From a virus (Duplodnaviria > Caudoviricetes), in the IMG/VR virus record IMGVR_UViG_3300031992_000040, positions 44,675 through 108,674 of that record: a stretch of DNA of 64,000 nt; one strand, 5' to 3'. The translations under genes were made by a program, and so were the position numbers. The notes under the pieces are model-generated. The model made no database searches, had not been told where the DNA came from, and worked only from the letters and a program-made list of their open reading frames with translations. Shown in pieces: positions 38,564-49,364 of this stretch; position 1 is the first letter of the stretch, and every line of letters starts with the position of its first letter.

Positions 38564-39085
38564 CTAATTTCCTTTATAATAATGATAATAGTCTGGGTTA
38601 TCATCTAAATCATCTAAATCATAGCCATCATCATTATCATTTCCAGTTCTTACATAACCATCTAAAATGGCATTAACAAATAATTCTTCATTTCCAAATA
38701 TTTCATCAAGAAAATCCTTTAATTCTTCACAATGGTCTACATAACCTTGCATACTATCTAAATATCTCCATTTTAAATTTCCGTCATCATCATAACTTTC
38801 ATCAAATTTAGGCTCTTCAAATTCTATTTTTTTATAATAAGGACTTAATATATCTATGATTTTTTGTTTATATTCTTCATATTTGTCTGGATAAACGTCA
38901 CATATTGCTGTCCAAATGTAATCGGTAAGAGTATGTTTCCCATATTCCCATCCGAAATCACTAATTCCAAAATGAATAGATGGACGCTTTCCATATAATG
39001 ATTTATCTATTTTTCTAGGAATTGTTATTGCGTGAGTTGAAGATGAATTTGTTTCAAAAGTTTTTAGTCTAATTATCTTTGTCAT
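38564..39085 (-). CDS. FETNSSSTHA-motif protein, paralogue C
   Basis: MTKIIRLKTFETNSSSTHAITI; YVDH; TGNDN; ends KGN. Confidence 0.7.
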   Translation of the reverse strand: MTKIIRLKTFETNSSSTHAITIPRKIDKSLYGKRPSIHFGISDFGWEYGKHTLTDYIWTAICDVYPDKYEEYKQKIIDILSPYYKKIEFEEPKFDESYDDDGNLKWRYLDSMQGYVDHCEELKDFLDEIFGNEELFVNAILDGYVRTGNDNDDGYDLDDLDDNPDYYHYYKGN

Positions 39086-39512
39086 TTTTATCACTCAATT
39101 CTGTATACTCTAAATATAGTTCTTTAAAACTATCATCTATTTGAGCATAATATTCGAACTTCTTTTGTTTATCAATTTCTTTAAATTTGCTTTCCATCTT
39201 TTCTTGAAGTTCCTTCATTCTCTTTTTTCTTTCAATTTCTTCTACCCAGTCTGATAAATTTATATCTTTTAAATATCTATATTCTTTTGCAGAAGAAGGA
39301 ATAAAATCTTCTTGACAAAATTCTTTATATACTTTCCCTATAAAAACTCCACATCCTATATGTTCAACTACTACAAAAGAATCTTCTTTTAATTTTTTAT
39401 TAGATGCCATAATAATACTATCTCTGCTATTAATTCTTAATATCCCACTAGCATATTCTACTGTGTAATAATATATTTTATTTTTACTTTTTTTCATGTT
39501 AATCTCTCCCAA
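39069..39512 (-). CDS. Hypothetical protein interrupting the paralogue cluster
   Basis: Operon packing; C-terminal coiled coil. Confidence 0.5.
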   Translation of the reverse strand: MGEINMKKSKNKIYYYTVEYASGILRINSRDSIIMASNKKLKEDSFVVVEHIGCGVFIGKVYKEFCQEDFIPSSAKEYRYLKDINLSDWVEEIERKKRMKELQEKMESKFKEIDKQKKFEYYAQIDDSFKELYLEYTELSDKNDKDN

Positions 39513-39969
39513 ATTCTATATCTTTTCCGTCTTGTAATACTTCTGCGAGCAAATCTCTTTCTTCATCTACAAGGTCTTCTAAAACTTCGCTTAAACTATG
39601 GTTCCAACTTATAAGTTGATGATTTATTACCGTTAAATCTTCAACATTTCCACTGTATTTAGGAAAAACAATTTTCTTTCCATAATTATCTGAAACATAT
39701 TGCTCAATTCTTTTGAAATCCCAGTTATTTTTTACTTGTTCAATTAAATCTTCATAATCTTCTGCATTATATTGATACCAACTTGCAATATGAGATACCA
39801 AATAAGACACTTTTTCTTCTAGTGTGGTCAAAGTTTCTTCTTCATCAAACCACCTTATCTTTATGTTGTTTCCAAAAGGAGCATAATCTTTTCCCAGTGT
39901 TCTTCCAATAGTTAAAGCGTGTGTGCTACTACTATTTGTCTCAAACACGCTATTTCTAATTTTTCTCAT
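39499..39969 (-). CDS. FETNSSSTHA-motif protein, paralogue D
   Basis: MRKIRNSVFETNSSSTHALTI; INHQ; ends FGRD. Confidence 0.7.
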   Translation of the reverse strand: MRKIRNSVFETNSSSTHALTIGRTLGKDYAPFGNNIKIRWFDEEETLTTLEEKVSYLVSHIASWYQYNAEDYEDLIEQVKNNWDFKRIEQYVSDNYGKKIVFPKYSGNVEDLTVINHQLISWNHSLSEVLEDLVDEERDLLAEVLQDGKDIEFGRD

Positions 39970-40348
39970 ATAATTGTTCCTCCAACATCTTTATTTTTTC
40001 TTCTAATTCATTAATTTTTAATTCCATAGCACCACCATTTAGCCATTTATTTAAATAACCTTCATCAAATTCACGATGTTGCACTACTGATTGACAAAAT
40101 AAGTCACAAGCTGTGCTTAACATTCTCTGTATTTGACACGCTTGTTCCCTATTTAAATGTGAATATTCTTCTTTTTGATATATTATACCTTTATTATCTT
40201 CTCCATAATAACAAACCATATCATAAGAAATTTCCCTAATCATCTTGAGAACTTCTTTTAGAGTTAATTTAGAACAAACATCTCTTAAAACCTCGTCCAT
40301 TCGTTCATAAATCATTTCATCATCATAAAAACTCTTCCTCGTCTCCAT
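39956..40348 (-). CDS. Hypothetical protein
   Basis: Operon packing. Confidence 0.5.
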   Translation of the reverse strand: METRKSFYDDEMIYERMDEVLRDVCSKLTLKEVLKMIREISYDMVCYYGEDNKGIIYQKEEYSHLNREQACQIQRMLSTACDLFCQSVVQHREFDEGYLNKWLNGGAMELKINELEEKIKMLEEQLYEKN

Positions 40349-40655
40349 CTTCTTCCACCTCCTTTGTTAATTCATCTACTGTTTTATTTGCCTCTTTTAA
40401 TTCAATTTTTAAATTTGACATTTCTTTCTTTTGCTCTTTTAATTGATTATATGCCTCTGCATATTTATCGTGATAATATAAGTATTGATTAAAACCCTCT
40501 GCCTTTTCTTCTAAAAGTGCCATATATTTTTGAGTTAATTCTCTTATTTCATTCTCTAAATCTTCTATTTCTTTATCTCTTTTTCTGTATTTCTTTTGAG
40601 GTCGATTTTTACCATCTTGATTTTCTTGATGATTTAAAATATTAAATATTCCCAT
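40323..40655 (-). CDS. Coiled-coil protein
   Basis: Heptad-rich; RBS GGAGG. Confidence 0.55.
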   Translation of the reverse strand: MGIFNILNHQENQDGKNRPQKKYRKRDKEIEDLENEIRELTQKYMALLEEKAEGFNQYLYYHDKYAEAYNQLKEQKKEMSNLKIELKEANKTVDELTKEVEEDGDEEEFL

Positions 40656-40667
40656 ATTTTTCCTCCA

Positions 40668-41156
40668 TTATTTAAAAAGATTTTTAAAATCTTCGTCCGT
40701 ATATCTCCTATTTTTATATTCGGTATTAAGATTTTTTGCTGCTTTCCATATCTCTGATATAAAAAACTGTCTCTGTTCTGATTGACACAATCTGTTTTTA
40801 TACAAATTATAAACTCTCCTAATTTCTATATCTTTGACTATCTCTCTCCTTTCCAATCTCTTGTCTTTTATTGCTTTAACAATTTTTGTGCATTGAGTTG
40901 GTTTTAAATCATTATTTTCTATATAATGACACAAATCGCTTAATTCTTCATCGACTCTTGATTGTTCATCATTTAAACTATCAAAATAATTGTCTATAAC
41001 ATATAATTTTTCACAAACTTCTTGTATTTTTTTTACAATTTCTGTGCAATTAATTTCTTCTTTTTCTTCTTCATATTCTTTAAGATTTTGTTCATCTTCT
41101 GTTGTTATAATATCAAGTTCTGCGATGTCTTCTAAACTTTTTACCTTTTTAACCAT
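40668..41156 (-). CDS. Helical hypothetical protein
   Basis: DLCHYIE...RLERREIVKD; RBS AGGAG. Confidence 0.55.
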   Translation of the reverse strand: MVKKVKSLEDIAELDIITTEDEQNLKEYEEEKEEINCTEIVKKIQEVCEKLYVIDNYFDSLNDEQSRVDEELSDLCHYIENNDLKPTQCTKIVKAIKDKRLERREIVKDIEIRRVYNLYKNRLCQSEQRQFFISEIWKAAKNLNTEYKNRRYTDEDFKNLFK

Positions 41157-41160
41157 TATA

Positions 41161-42057
41161 TTACTCTCCTAAATCATCTTGATGAAGCATTATATTTTTA
41201 ATTGCTTCCTTGTTTGAATGTGCATAAGTATTTGTTATTGCGATATTTGTATGACCAACCATATCACGAATATTACTAATTGGTGTTCCTTTATCTATCA
41301 TTTTTGTAATGAAACTATGCCTAAAAGTATGTGCTGAAACCTCTCGATACCAAGAAATACCTGCTTTCCTAGCAATTTTCTTTAGATATTCATTAAATTG
41401 ATGTAAACCCAAAGTTTTTCCAGTGTTCGTAATAAACAATAGGTCTGTATCTAAATTTAATTCTCTAATAATTCCTTTTCTTCTATTGTTAATAAATATA
41501 TTACACAAATATTGGCAATTAGGTGTAAACCATATTGTTCTTTCTTTATTTCCTTTACCGATTATAGTAGCATAACCATTTTGAATATCTGTGCAAGTAA
41601 TTTGTATCATCTCAGAAAATCTTACACCCGTAGTAGACAATATAGACATAGCCGCTTTCATTTTTGTGTTAATAGCAATATTCATCATTTGTTGCATTTG
41701 TTCTTCTGTTAAATATTTCTTTTCTTTTTGTTGTTGTTTTGGCGGTTTAAGTTGTTGTATCTTTTTATCAATATTATAATCTTTAACAAATTCTAAATAA
41801 TTAAATAATAATTTTACTGAAATTAATTTTATTTTTCTAGTTGCTGGAGAATTATTTCTATCTGTTAACATTTGCAACCAATCTATTATTGTTTTAGATT
41901 TTGCATTAGTCAAATCTTCCATATTTTCTATATTCATTTCCTTAATAAATTCTCTACAATGTTGAGAATAAAATGTAGCACTTTTTTCACTTTTTCCCTC
42001 AACTTTTAATTCATAAATATAGAAATCATCTATTAATTTTTCTAAATCTTTATTCAT
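41161..42057 (-). CDS. Tyrosine recombinase (XerC/D-like)
   Basis: TGVRFSE (R), GKGNKER (K), HTFRH (HxxR), GHTNI..T..Y. Confidence 0.9.
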   Translation of the reverse strand: MNKDLEKLIDDFYIYELKVEGKSEKSATFYSQHCREFIKEMNIENMEDLTNAKSKTIIDWLQMLTDRNNSPATRKIKLISVKLLFNYLEFVKDYNIDKKIQQLKPPKQQQKEKKYLTEEQMQQMMNIAINTKMKAAMSILSTTGVRFSEMIQITCTDIQNGYATIIGKGNKERTIWFTPNCQYLCNIFINNRRKGIIRELNLDTDLLFITNTGKTLGLHQFNEYLKKIARKAGISWYREVSAHTFRHSFITKMIDKGTPISNIRDMVGHTNIAITNTYAHSNKEAIKNIMLHQDDLGE

Positions 42058-42072
42058 TTTTTATTTGCCCCC

Positions 42073-42387
42073 TTATTGATTGTTAAATTTTTTTACCTCA
42101 TCTAAATTAATTTCATATAATGGGTATGTGCAAAACCCACTTTGAAAATTCTTTCCAAGAGGTTTACCTAAATTATTTTCCTCTATAAATTTTTCCACCC
42201 AAGAACAATTATTTGTATCTAAATATGCTTGATTTTCTGCCAAACCCTCCTCTAAATTTTTTGTAATAATAGCATAAGGTTCTCCGATTTCATCATATAA
42301 AGTTAGTGCCAAATTGTTCCAATAACTATATCTGCTCACTTCTATCTTCTTTATTAGATAGCCGTTTATTCTTCTTTTTTCTTCCAC
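42073..42387 (-). CDS. DUF4313-like protein
   Basis: GEPYAIITKNL, AYLDTNN, SGFCTYPLY. Confidence 0.6.
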   Translation of the reverse strand: MEEKRRINGYLIKKIEVSRYSYWNNLALTLYDEIGEPYAIITKNLEEGLAENQAYLDTNNCSWVEKFIEENNLGKPLGKNFQSGFCTYPLYEINLDEVKKFNNQ

Positions 42388-42586
42388 GTTTTATTTCCTT
42401 TCTTTCCTCCTCTGTGATTGATAATTTATAAAATGTTCCATCATATTTTACTTTCACAGTAGGAATTTCTTTCTTTATATAATCTGCTTGTTCTTCTAAA
42501 AATACGGTAGCAACACCACTTGATGTTAAATCGCTTATAGCGTCCCTAACAACTGCTCTAAAATAACCATTTTCTTCTTCTAACAT
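42326..42586 (-). CDS. Hypothetical protein
   Basis: Operon packing. Confidence 0.45.
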   Translation of the reverse strand: MLEEENGYFRAVVRDAISDLTSSGVATVFLEEQADYIKKEIPTVKVKYDGTFYKLSITEEERKEIKRGRKKKNKRLSNKEDRSEQI

Positions 42587-43077
42587 TGTATCTTATACCT
42601 TTCTTTATTTCTATATTTTCCTTTTACTATACCCTCTATGGTTGTATATGAAACACCATATACTTCAGCCAATTTTCTATAACTGATTTTAGTGTTTGGG
42701 TTATTAATTTCTCCCTTATCTTTATATTTATTATATATGTATTTAATTTCCTCTGCTTGTTCGTCCGTTAATTTAGCCGTCTTGTTCTTTTCTCCGTGAA
42801 GAATATCTTTGTTTTCTATTGCCATTAAATTATCTACGGAATAATCATCTTTATCATTATTTTTTCTTGTTATTACAATGTTGGTATTATTTATATCAAA
42901 ACTATCTTGATGAAAAGCAAAATAAATTAATCTAATATACGAAATATTTTGTTTCTTACCATTTTCCATACAAATTTTAATTTGTTTTCTTTTCTTTATT
43001 AATTTATTTGATTTTTTTCCAATAATATCACCATTTTCATATATTTTATAACCAAATAATTCTATGAATTTTTCCAT
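42580..43077 (-). CDS. Degenerate HNH endonuclease with C-terminal HTH
   Basis: YKIYENGDI, DDYSVDNL, GEKNKTAKLT, SYRKLAEVYGVS; catalytic His appears replaced (YIRLI, ITRKN). Confidence 0.55.
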   Translation of the reverse strand: MEKFIELFGYKIYENGDIIGKKSNKLIKKRKQIKICMENGKKQNISYIRLIYFAFHQDSFDINNTNIVITRKNNDKDDYSVDNLMAIENKDILHGEKNKTAKLTDEQAEEIKYIYNKYKDKGEINNPNTKISYRKLAEVYGVSYTTIEGIVKGKYRNKERYKIQC

Positions 43078-43301
43078 TTTTTAATGATATCTCCTATATT
43101 ATAACAAAATATTGTAGCAAAGTCTACCCTAATATTTTCTCCACCATTAAGAACAATTTGCACGGTTTTTTTACTGTTGTTTGTTCTATACCTTGCAATT
43201 TCCTTATTATTTTTAGCCATAAACAATTTTAAACGAACTCTTTGACCAATAGAATCAAATTCTCTTTTTCCATATCTCTTTATAAATTCTGCATTATTCA
43301 T
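43062..43301 (-). CDS. Hypothetical protein
   Basis: RBS GAAGGAG. Confidence 0.5.
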   Translation of the reverse strand: MNNAEFIKRYGKREFDSIGQRVRLKLFMAKNNKEIARYRTNNSKKTVQIVLNGGENIRVDFATIFCYNIGDIIKKWKNS

Positions 43302-43384
43302 ATATAATTATCTCCTTCTATTTTTTGATGGTAGTAACCCAGTAACAAGTAAAAATATTATAAATTCTATTATTAAATCTAACA

Positions 43385-44062
43385 TTATACCCCCTCACTT
43401 TCCTTGATACAATCTTTCCATCTATATTCAGTATCAAAAATCTCTTTATATTCTTCATCTGTTAATAATTCAAATGTGTCAATAAAGTCTAGTTGTTCCA
43501 TTACTTTATCATATAATTCTTTATTCACATTTTTTAATTTATATTTTTCATATTCATCTTTATAAGTGTTCTGATTTAATTCAAAATACTTTCTTGCACT
43601 AATCATTTTAAAATCATCAACCCAATCGCCAATTTCTTCGTAACCACCACCAAGACCATATTTAACTTTGCCATCTTCTCTAATGTCAATTACGAGTATG
43701 CCATTGTTATTGTCTTGATTATTAGGGTTCATTTTAAATGTTTCTGTTATGTCGCCTTTTTCTTTAGCCCACTCATATTCTTCTTTAATTAAATCAATAC
43801 CCTTAACATAACTTCCAATGGTAGTGTTCATTTGAATTAAATTTTGTAGTATATCAATATCTTCTCTCCTATTGCCACTATTTGCTATGTCAAAATTTTC
43901 CTCTCTAAAATTTCCATAAGTTGCTTTTACATTTTTACTAATAAAATCTAATAATTGATAGGTTCTATTTATCATATAGTAGCCATAATTCCATTGTAAG
44001 TGCATAGCCACCAAATTCTTTTTATTTTTATATCTAATATATAACTGACTTCTTTGTCCCAT
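43385..44062 (-). CDS. Hypothetical protein, MGQR-family member 1
   Basis: N-terminal MGQRSQLYI...AMHLQW. Confidence 0.6.
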   Translation of the reverse strand: MGQRSQLYIRYKNKKNLVAMHLQWNYGYYMINRTYQLLDFISKNVKATYGNFREENFDIANSGNRREDIDILQNLIQMNTTIGSYVKGIDLIKEEYEWAKEKGDITETFKMNPNNQDNNNGILVIDIREDGKVKYGLGGGYEEIGDWVDDFKMISARKYFELNQNTYKDEYEKYKLKNVNKELYDKVMEQLDFIDTFELLTDEEYKEIFDTEYRWKDCIKESEGV

Positions 44063-44063
44063 A

Positions 44064-47000
44064 TTATTTTCCCTCTTTTTCCATATATTCTTTATAAGTT
44101 ATATTGCCGTTCATATAATCTAGTTGATTTTTTAAATGTTCCACCAATGTATCAACTTCATCACTATTTAACGGTTCTTTAACCCAATCTTTATCATATT
44201 TATTTAATATTTCAATTAATTCATTTTCAAATTCCAAATCAAACATATCAAATTTCATCTCCCACTTCTAAAATATCTAATATTTTCCACTCATTTTCCA
44301 CAAGTGTTCCATTTTTAATATCTTCTCTTATTTCGTTTTCACTTAAACCATAAAAGAATATTTTATCATCTTCATAATCATCTTTATAATCATTTGTCGT
44401 TTTAATAATTACTTCCATTTGTGTTTTATCATCTGCATATTCTATTAAACACTTAATATACATATTATCATCTCCTTAATTCAAATTTGTATTACTACAT
44501 ACTTCTTCTAAACTTGCTTTTCCAAAACACCAAGTATCATCTATATCTTTATAGATATTTGCTTTAATATAATCTTCTAAACAACTATAAAGTCCCTTTG
44601 TGTTTACATTATATTTACTGACCTCAAAATCTTTTGCAATATTTACACACCACTCGTAAGCAATATCATTTTCTAATGGTAGAATATCTTTTAATAAATC
44701 TCTGCCTAATAGAAAGACCACATAATTATCATATCTTTTTATTTCCACACCAAATAGTCCACCATTAACATAATGATTTTTAATATCTTCTATACTTTCT
44801 GCTAAACTTTCTGTGTTGTCTTCATATAACTTATAAATATCAATTCTTTTAAAGTCTTTTATTGCACTTTCATAATCTTCTTCTTCCATACCAAGCCAAT
44901 AATAGCCATAATCTATTAATTTATTTCTCATTTTATTCATCTCCCATTTCAAACCAAACTTTAGTTTCCAACCAATTTACTTCTACTTTTTCTTTTATTT
45001 GTTCTATTGTTGGTATCTTTTTATAATCATCATAAAAATTGTTAATAAAATTTTCTATGTCCCTATGTAATTCATCTGCAAATTCATCATCTTGCTTTAA
45101 ACCCATTTTATTTAAGTCTAATGTTATCATATAATTTTCAATAATTGTTTCTGTATCACTAATTTCTAAATCAACTAAAACATTATTGTCTTTTAAATCT
45201 TTTATGTCCCATATACAACAAAATAATCTATCTTTCATATTAATCTCCTATAATTCATCAAACCATTTTTGTTGTTCTTCAACATTATCTGTCATTTCTG
45301 CCCTTAAATCTTCTAAATCATCAATTCCTAAAATTAAAAATCTAACTCTTTCTTCATCTCTAACATAAACCTTTACTGCTATATGTAAACTTTGTTCTAA
45401 ATCATAATACATTTTAATATCTTGAATTTGATAATCTTTAAGTCCTTCTTGAATTTTTTTCTTTTCATTTAATATATCTTTAATATCATATAATAAACTA
45501 TTCATCTTTATCATCTCCTATCTTATCATATAAAATTTCTCCATTTTCATTTTTTACAACAACAACGACAGAATTTTTATCTAAATATTCAATAATTAAG
45601 TCTTGATATATGCCATTTATTATTTCTAAATACATATTTATATCTTTTTGTATTTCTTCGACACCATTACACTCAAAATAATAATCATCTAATTTAATGT
45701 TTTTAGTTTCTTTTATAATTTCTTTTTTTAATTTTTCAACTACTTGTAATGGTTTTCCTCTCAATAATTCTTCCACCTCTATACACTTCCTTTACATATA
45801 AATATAAGTCAATATTGAATTAAAATAATATTTTTTTCTTTCTTCATTTTTTTCATTACAATAATCTAAATAATAATTACATAAGTCCCAAATTTCATCT
45901 AACCAACTAACATAAGGAATTTCATCATACATAAAAGCATAATCTCCATTATGTTTGTCCATAATTTCTTCCATATCATCATCATAAGATATAAAATGAA
46001 GTTCCATATAGGTTTTTTTTACATAATCATAATCTTCTATACACCAATCTAATAATGTTTCTGCACCATCTTTTCCTCTGTTATTTATTTCATATTTTAA
46101 TTGCCCCAACAATACCTCATTATATTTACTATCATTTGTTTTTTTCCAAAACTCATATAATTTTTCAATTAATTTTTCTTTCATTAATTTTTCATCTTTT
46201 TCCATTATTTCACTTCCATTTCATTTATAACAATTTGATATTGTAATTCATCATCATAATTGATTTGAAAAATAATTTCATCTTCTTCGTTTTTAATTAA
46301 AATATATTCCCAACCACCATTATTATCACATTGAAAAGATAATTCATTTTTTACAAAAGTCATAGCATTTGTTTCATTATTAAAAACACCAAGACACTCA
46401 TAATTACTATCATAAAAATTTACATTAGAAAAATCTTCTTCTCTAATTTCACTAACAACATAAACTTTCATTATTTTATCTCCGTATCAACTTCATCTAA
46501 TGCCCTTAAAAAATCTGTCATAAAGTCTAACATATCTTCAAAATTAGATACACTAATATCGTTCATATTTAAAATTTCATTGTTGTTTTCCACTTCACAT
46601 TTATAATCATAGCAACCATTTAAAAAGTTTTCATGTGCATTATAAACACAATTAAAGTCTTTCATCTCATTGTTTCCTAAATGCCAACCATATTTTATCA
46701 TCTTTTCATATATTTGTTTTTTGATATTACCGATTTTATTTATATGAATAACGAGTTCATTTTCTTCTGCTATTCTTCTTTCTTTATCTGCCCACTCTAA
46801 ATCATATAATTTCATTATTTTGTATAAAGAAAACCAACAAACGTCCCAAATATTAGTATTTAATCTTAATTCTCCTTTATAACCACTTTCAACATAAGCA
46901 AGAATTTTATCTATATTTTCCATTAAGATATTAAAATCTTCCATACCATATTTTTCATCATATCTATAATCAAACTCATCATCTGCTACTGCATATTTTA

Positions 47001-49352
47001 TACACTCTTTTAATTCTTTATTTATTCTTTCATCTGCATATACTTTTAATATAATTCCTTTCATATTATTTTCCCCCTTAATCAACAAATCTACTCATAT
47101 TTTTTTCATCACTTTTTGCAATTTCATCTAATTTATCAATATTTTTTGCCACATAATCTGTGCCTAATAAATCATCAATATCTTGCAACAAACCAATTAG
47201 TCTAGCATAAGCCATTTCTCCACTTATAGATAATGTTTCGTTCTTCTTAAAAGGTTTTTTGCAACCAAAATATTCTTGTAAAATTTCTTCCATACTTTTC
47301 ATTATTCAATTACACCACTTTCTTTTAAATCTTTTATAATATAATCTAAATAGTTCTTAATTTGATATTTAAAATCTTTTAACCCCTCACTAATACTGCC
47401 ATATACACTATCATTAAAATAACTTTCAATATAGTTTCCCTCGTTATCAAAAAACTCTATCGTAAACCAATTACTCATATCAAAGTATATTTTATCTTCA
47501 TCAACTGCCTTTGTTAACTCATCATTGTTTCTAATATAATAGTTTACTATATCTGTATAATTCCAAGTATCTATATTGTTTTCTTCATCTGTATAATGAC
47601 ACTTTAATTCTCCTAAACTATTTATTCTCCAAGTTCCATATTTACACTTTGCAAGTTCATAACCATAACCATAGTGAAAGAAATCACTATCTGCATTATC
47701 TAGCAACTTTTTGTCTAATGTTATTTCAATATTCATATATTGCCTACCTCTACTTTCTATTTATTTTTTCATACTTGACTAAAATTTTTGTAATATCTTT
47801 TTCTAATTTTTTTTCTTCTTCAACTGCCAAATGTAATTTTCTCATTTCTTCTAATGTCAAATATAAACATACAATTTTTTGGTCTATACTTATAATATCA
47901 TCTTCAAACCAATGGTCATATTCACTTGCATTTATATAATTATTATCAAACATAAATTCTACAACTAATTCTTCTTTTGTTTTAACAAAGTTTTCTATAA
48001 TCTTTCCATTTCCTTTGCCTAAAAAATAAGGGTTTTTCTCATCTCTAACTTTATATAAACTATAAATAACATTGTCAAGTTCATAAGCACCATTAAATAT
48101 GCCAATATCTTCTACATAGCCACCACCAAGTATATAATTTATATCGTTCATTACATAACCCATTTCTTCATCTCCTAATGGTTCTTTTTTTGAATAAATT
48201 TCATTACTATCATATTCTAATTTAGATATAATTGCATAAGTTCCATTTACACCATTATCTACATATTTTTTTGCATATTCAACTGCTCTATTATAATCTA
48301 AAAACAATACACTATTTTCTTCATAATAACTATGTTTTTTATCGTAATATAAATAAAATTCATATTCTTCATTATCTTTATCTAAAAGAACACCAACCTC
48401 AACTTTATAAACATCAAAATTTAGTCTATAATAGTTCCAATTTTCTATTATATTTTTTTCTAAAGCATATTCTATTCTTTCAATAATATAATCAATATTT
48501 ACTCTGTTTTCATAACCATTTTTAAGGTTTATTTCTTGATTATGTTTTAATTCGTTTAATAATTCTTCTAATCTGTTTTTCATATTATTTTACACCCCTT
48601 TTAATTAAAACCCTAATAGTTTATGTAAATCATCTGCCATTTTTTGCACCCTACTATCTTCTTCTTCAAAGTCTACAAAACTACCATTATATACATAATC
48701 TTTTAATAATGTTATCAATTCTTTAATATCTTTTTCGCCAATAACACCAACTAAATATGTATATATTGCTTTTGTTCTACAATCTTCTAAATTATTCATC
48801 ATTATCACTTCCATATTCATCTAATAACTCTAAACTATCAAAATTATGTAATTCTGTTAATTCACAAGTTTTATCGTAATAATCAAAATCTTCATTTGCT
48901 ATTTTACTTAATCTACAAATTTCATCTAATGCTTTCATAAAACCATTTGCCAATTTGTCATATTCCCAATTAGTATGTTTATAACCAATTTCATCAAAAT
49001 ACCAATTATAACCTAAATCTTCACAAGTAAGGTATTCATCAAAATTATATTTGTCTTTCGTAATATCATAAGTTCCTTTTTTAACGAAATTATAGTCTGT
49101 ATAAACATTGTTTCCTATAATAAGTTCTTCATCTTCAAACTCTTGTTTAGTTTTAATTTTCAAATCATCATCTTTATATTCACTTTCCATAGCCATACCA
49201 AAAACTTTACAATATAAATTATTTATTGTTTCTGTCATATTATAAATTTTTGTTTCCTCATCTTTTGAAAATCTATCTTCGTGATTTTCTCTTATATCGT
49301 TTAATAGTTCATAACAAATTTTTAATTCTGCCAAAACTTCTTTATTTGTCAT
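44064..49352 (-). other. Array of about 14 small, mostly acidic hypothetical genes (44064-44258, 44248-44463, 44476-44952, 44933-45238, 45248-45514, 45498-45776, 45792-46205, 46205-46471, 46471-47088, 47078-47302, 47302-47736, 47750-48583, 48605-48820, 48792-49352)
   Basis: Head-to-tail - strand ORFs with RBSs and minimal spacing; no recognisable domains. Confidence 0.6.
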
Positions 49353-49364
49353 TTTAAAACCCCC

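Noticed and set aside
37414-39969. FETNSSSTHA repeats as a DNA-level repeat or DGR template/variable pair
   Set aside because: Synonymous codons differ between copies, the differences are not adenine-specific, and there is no reverse transcriptase in the window
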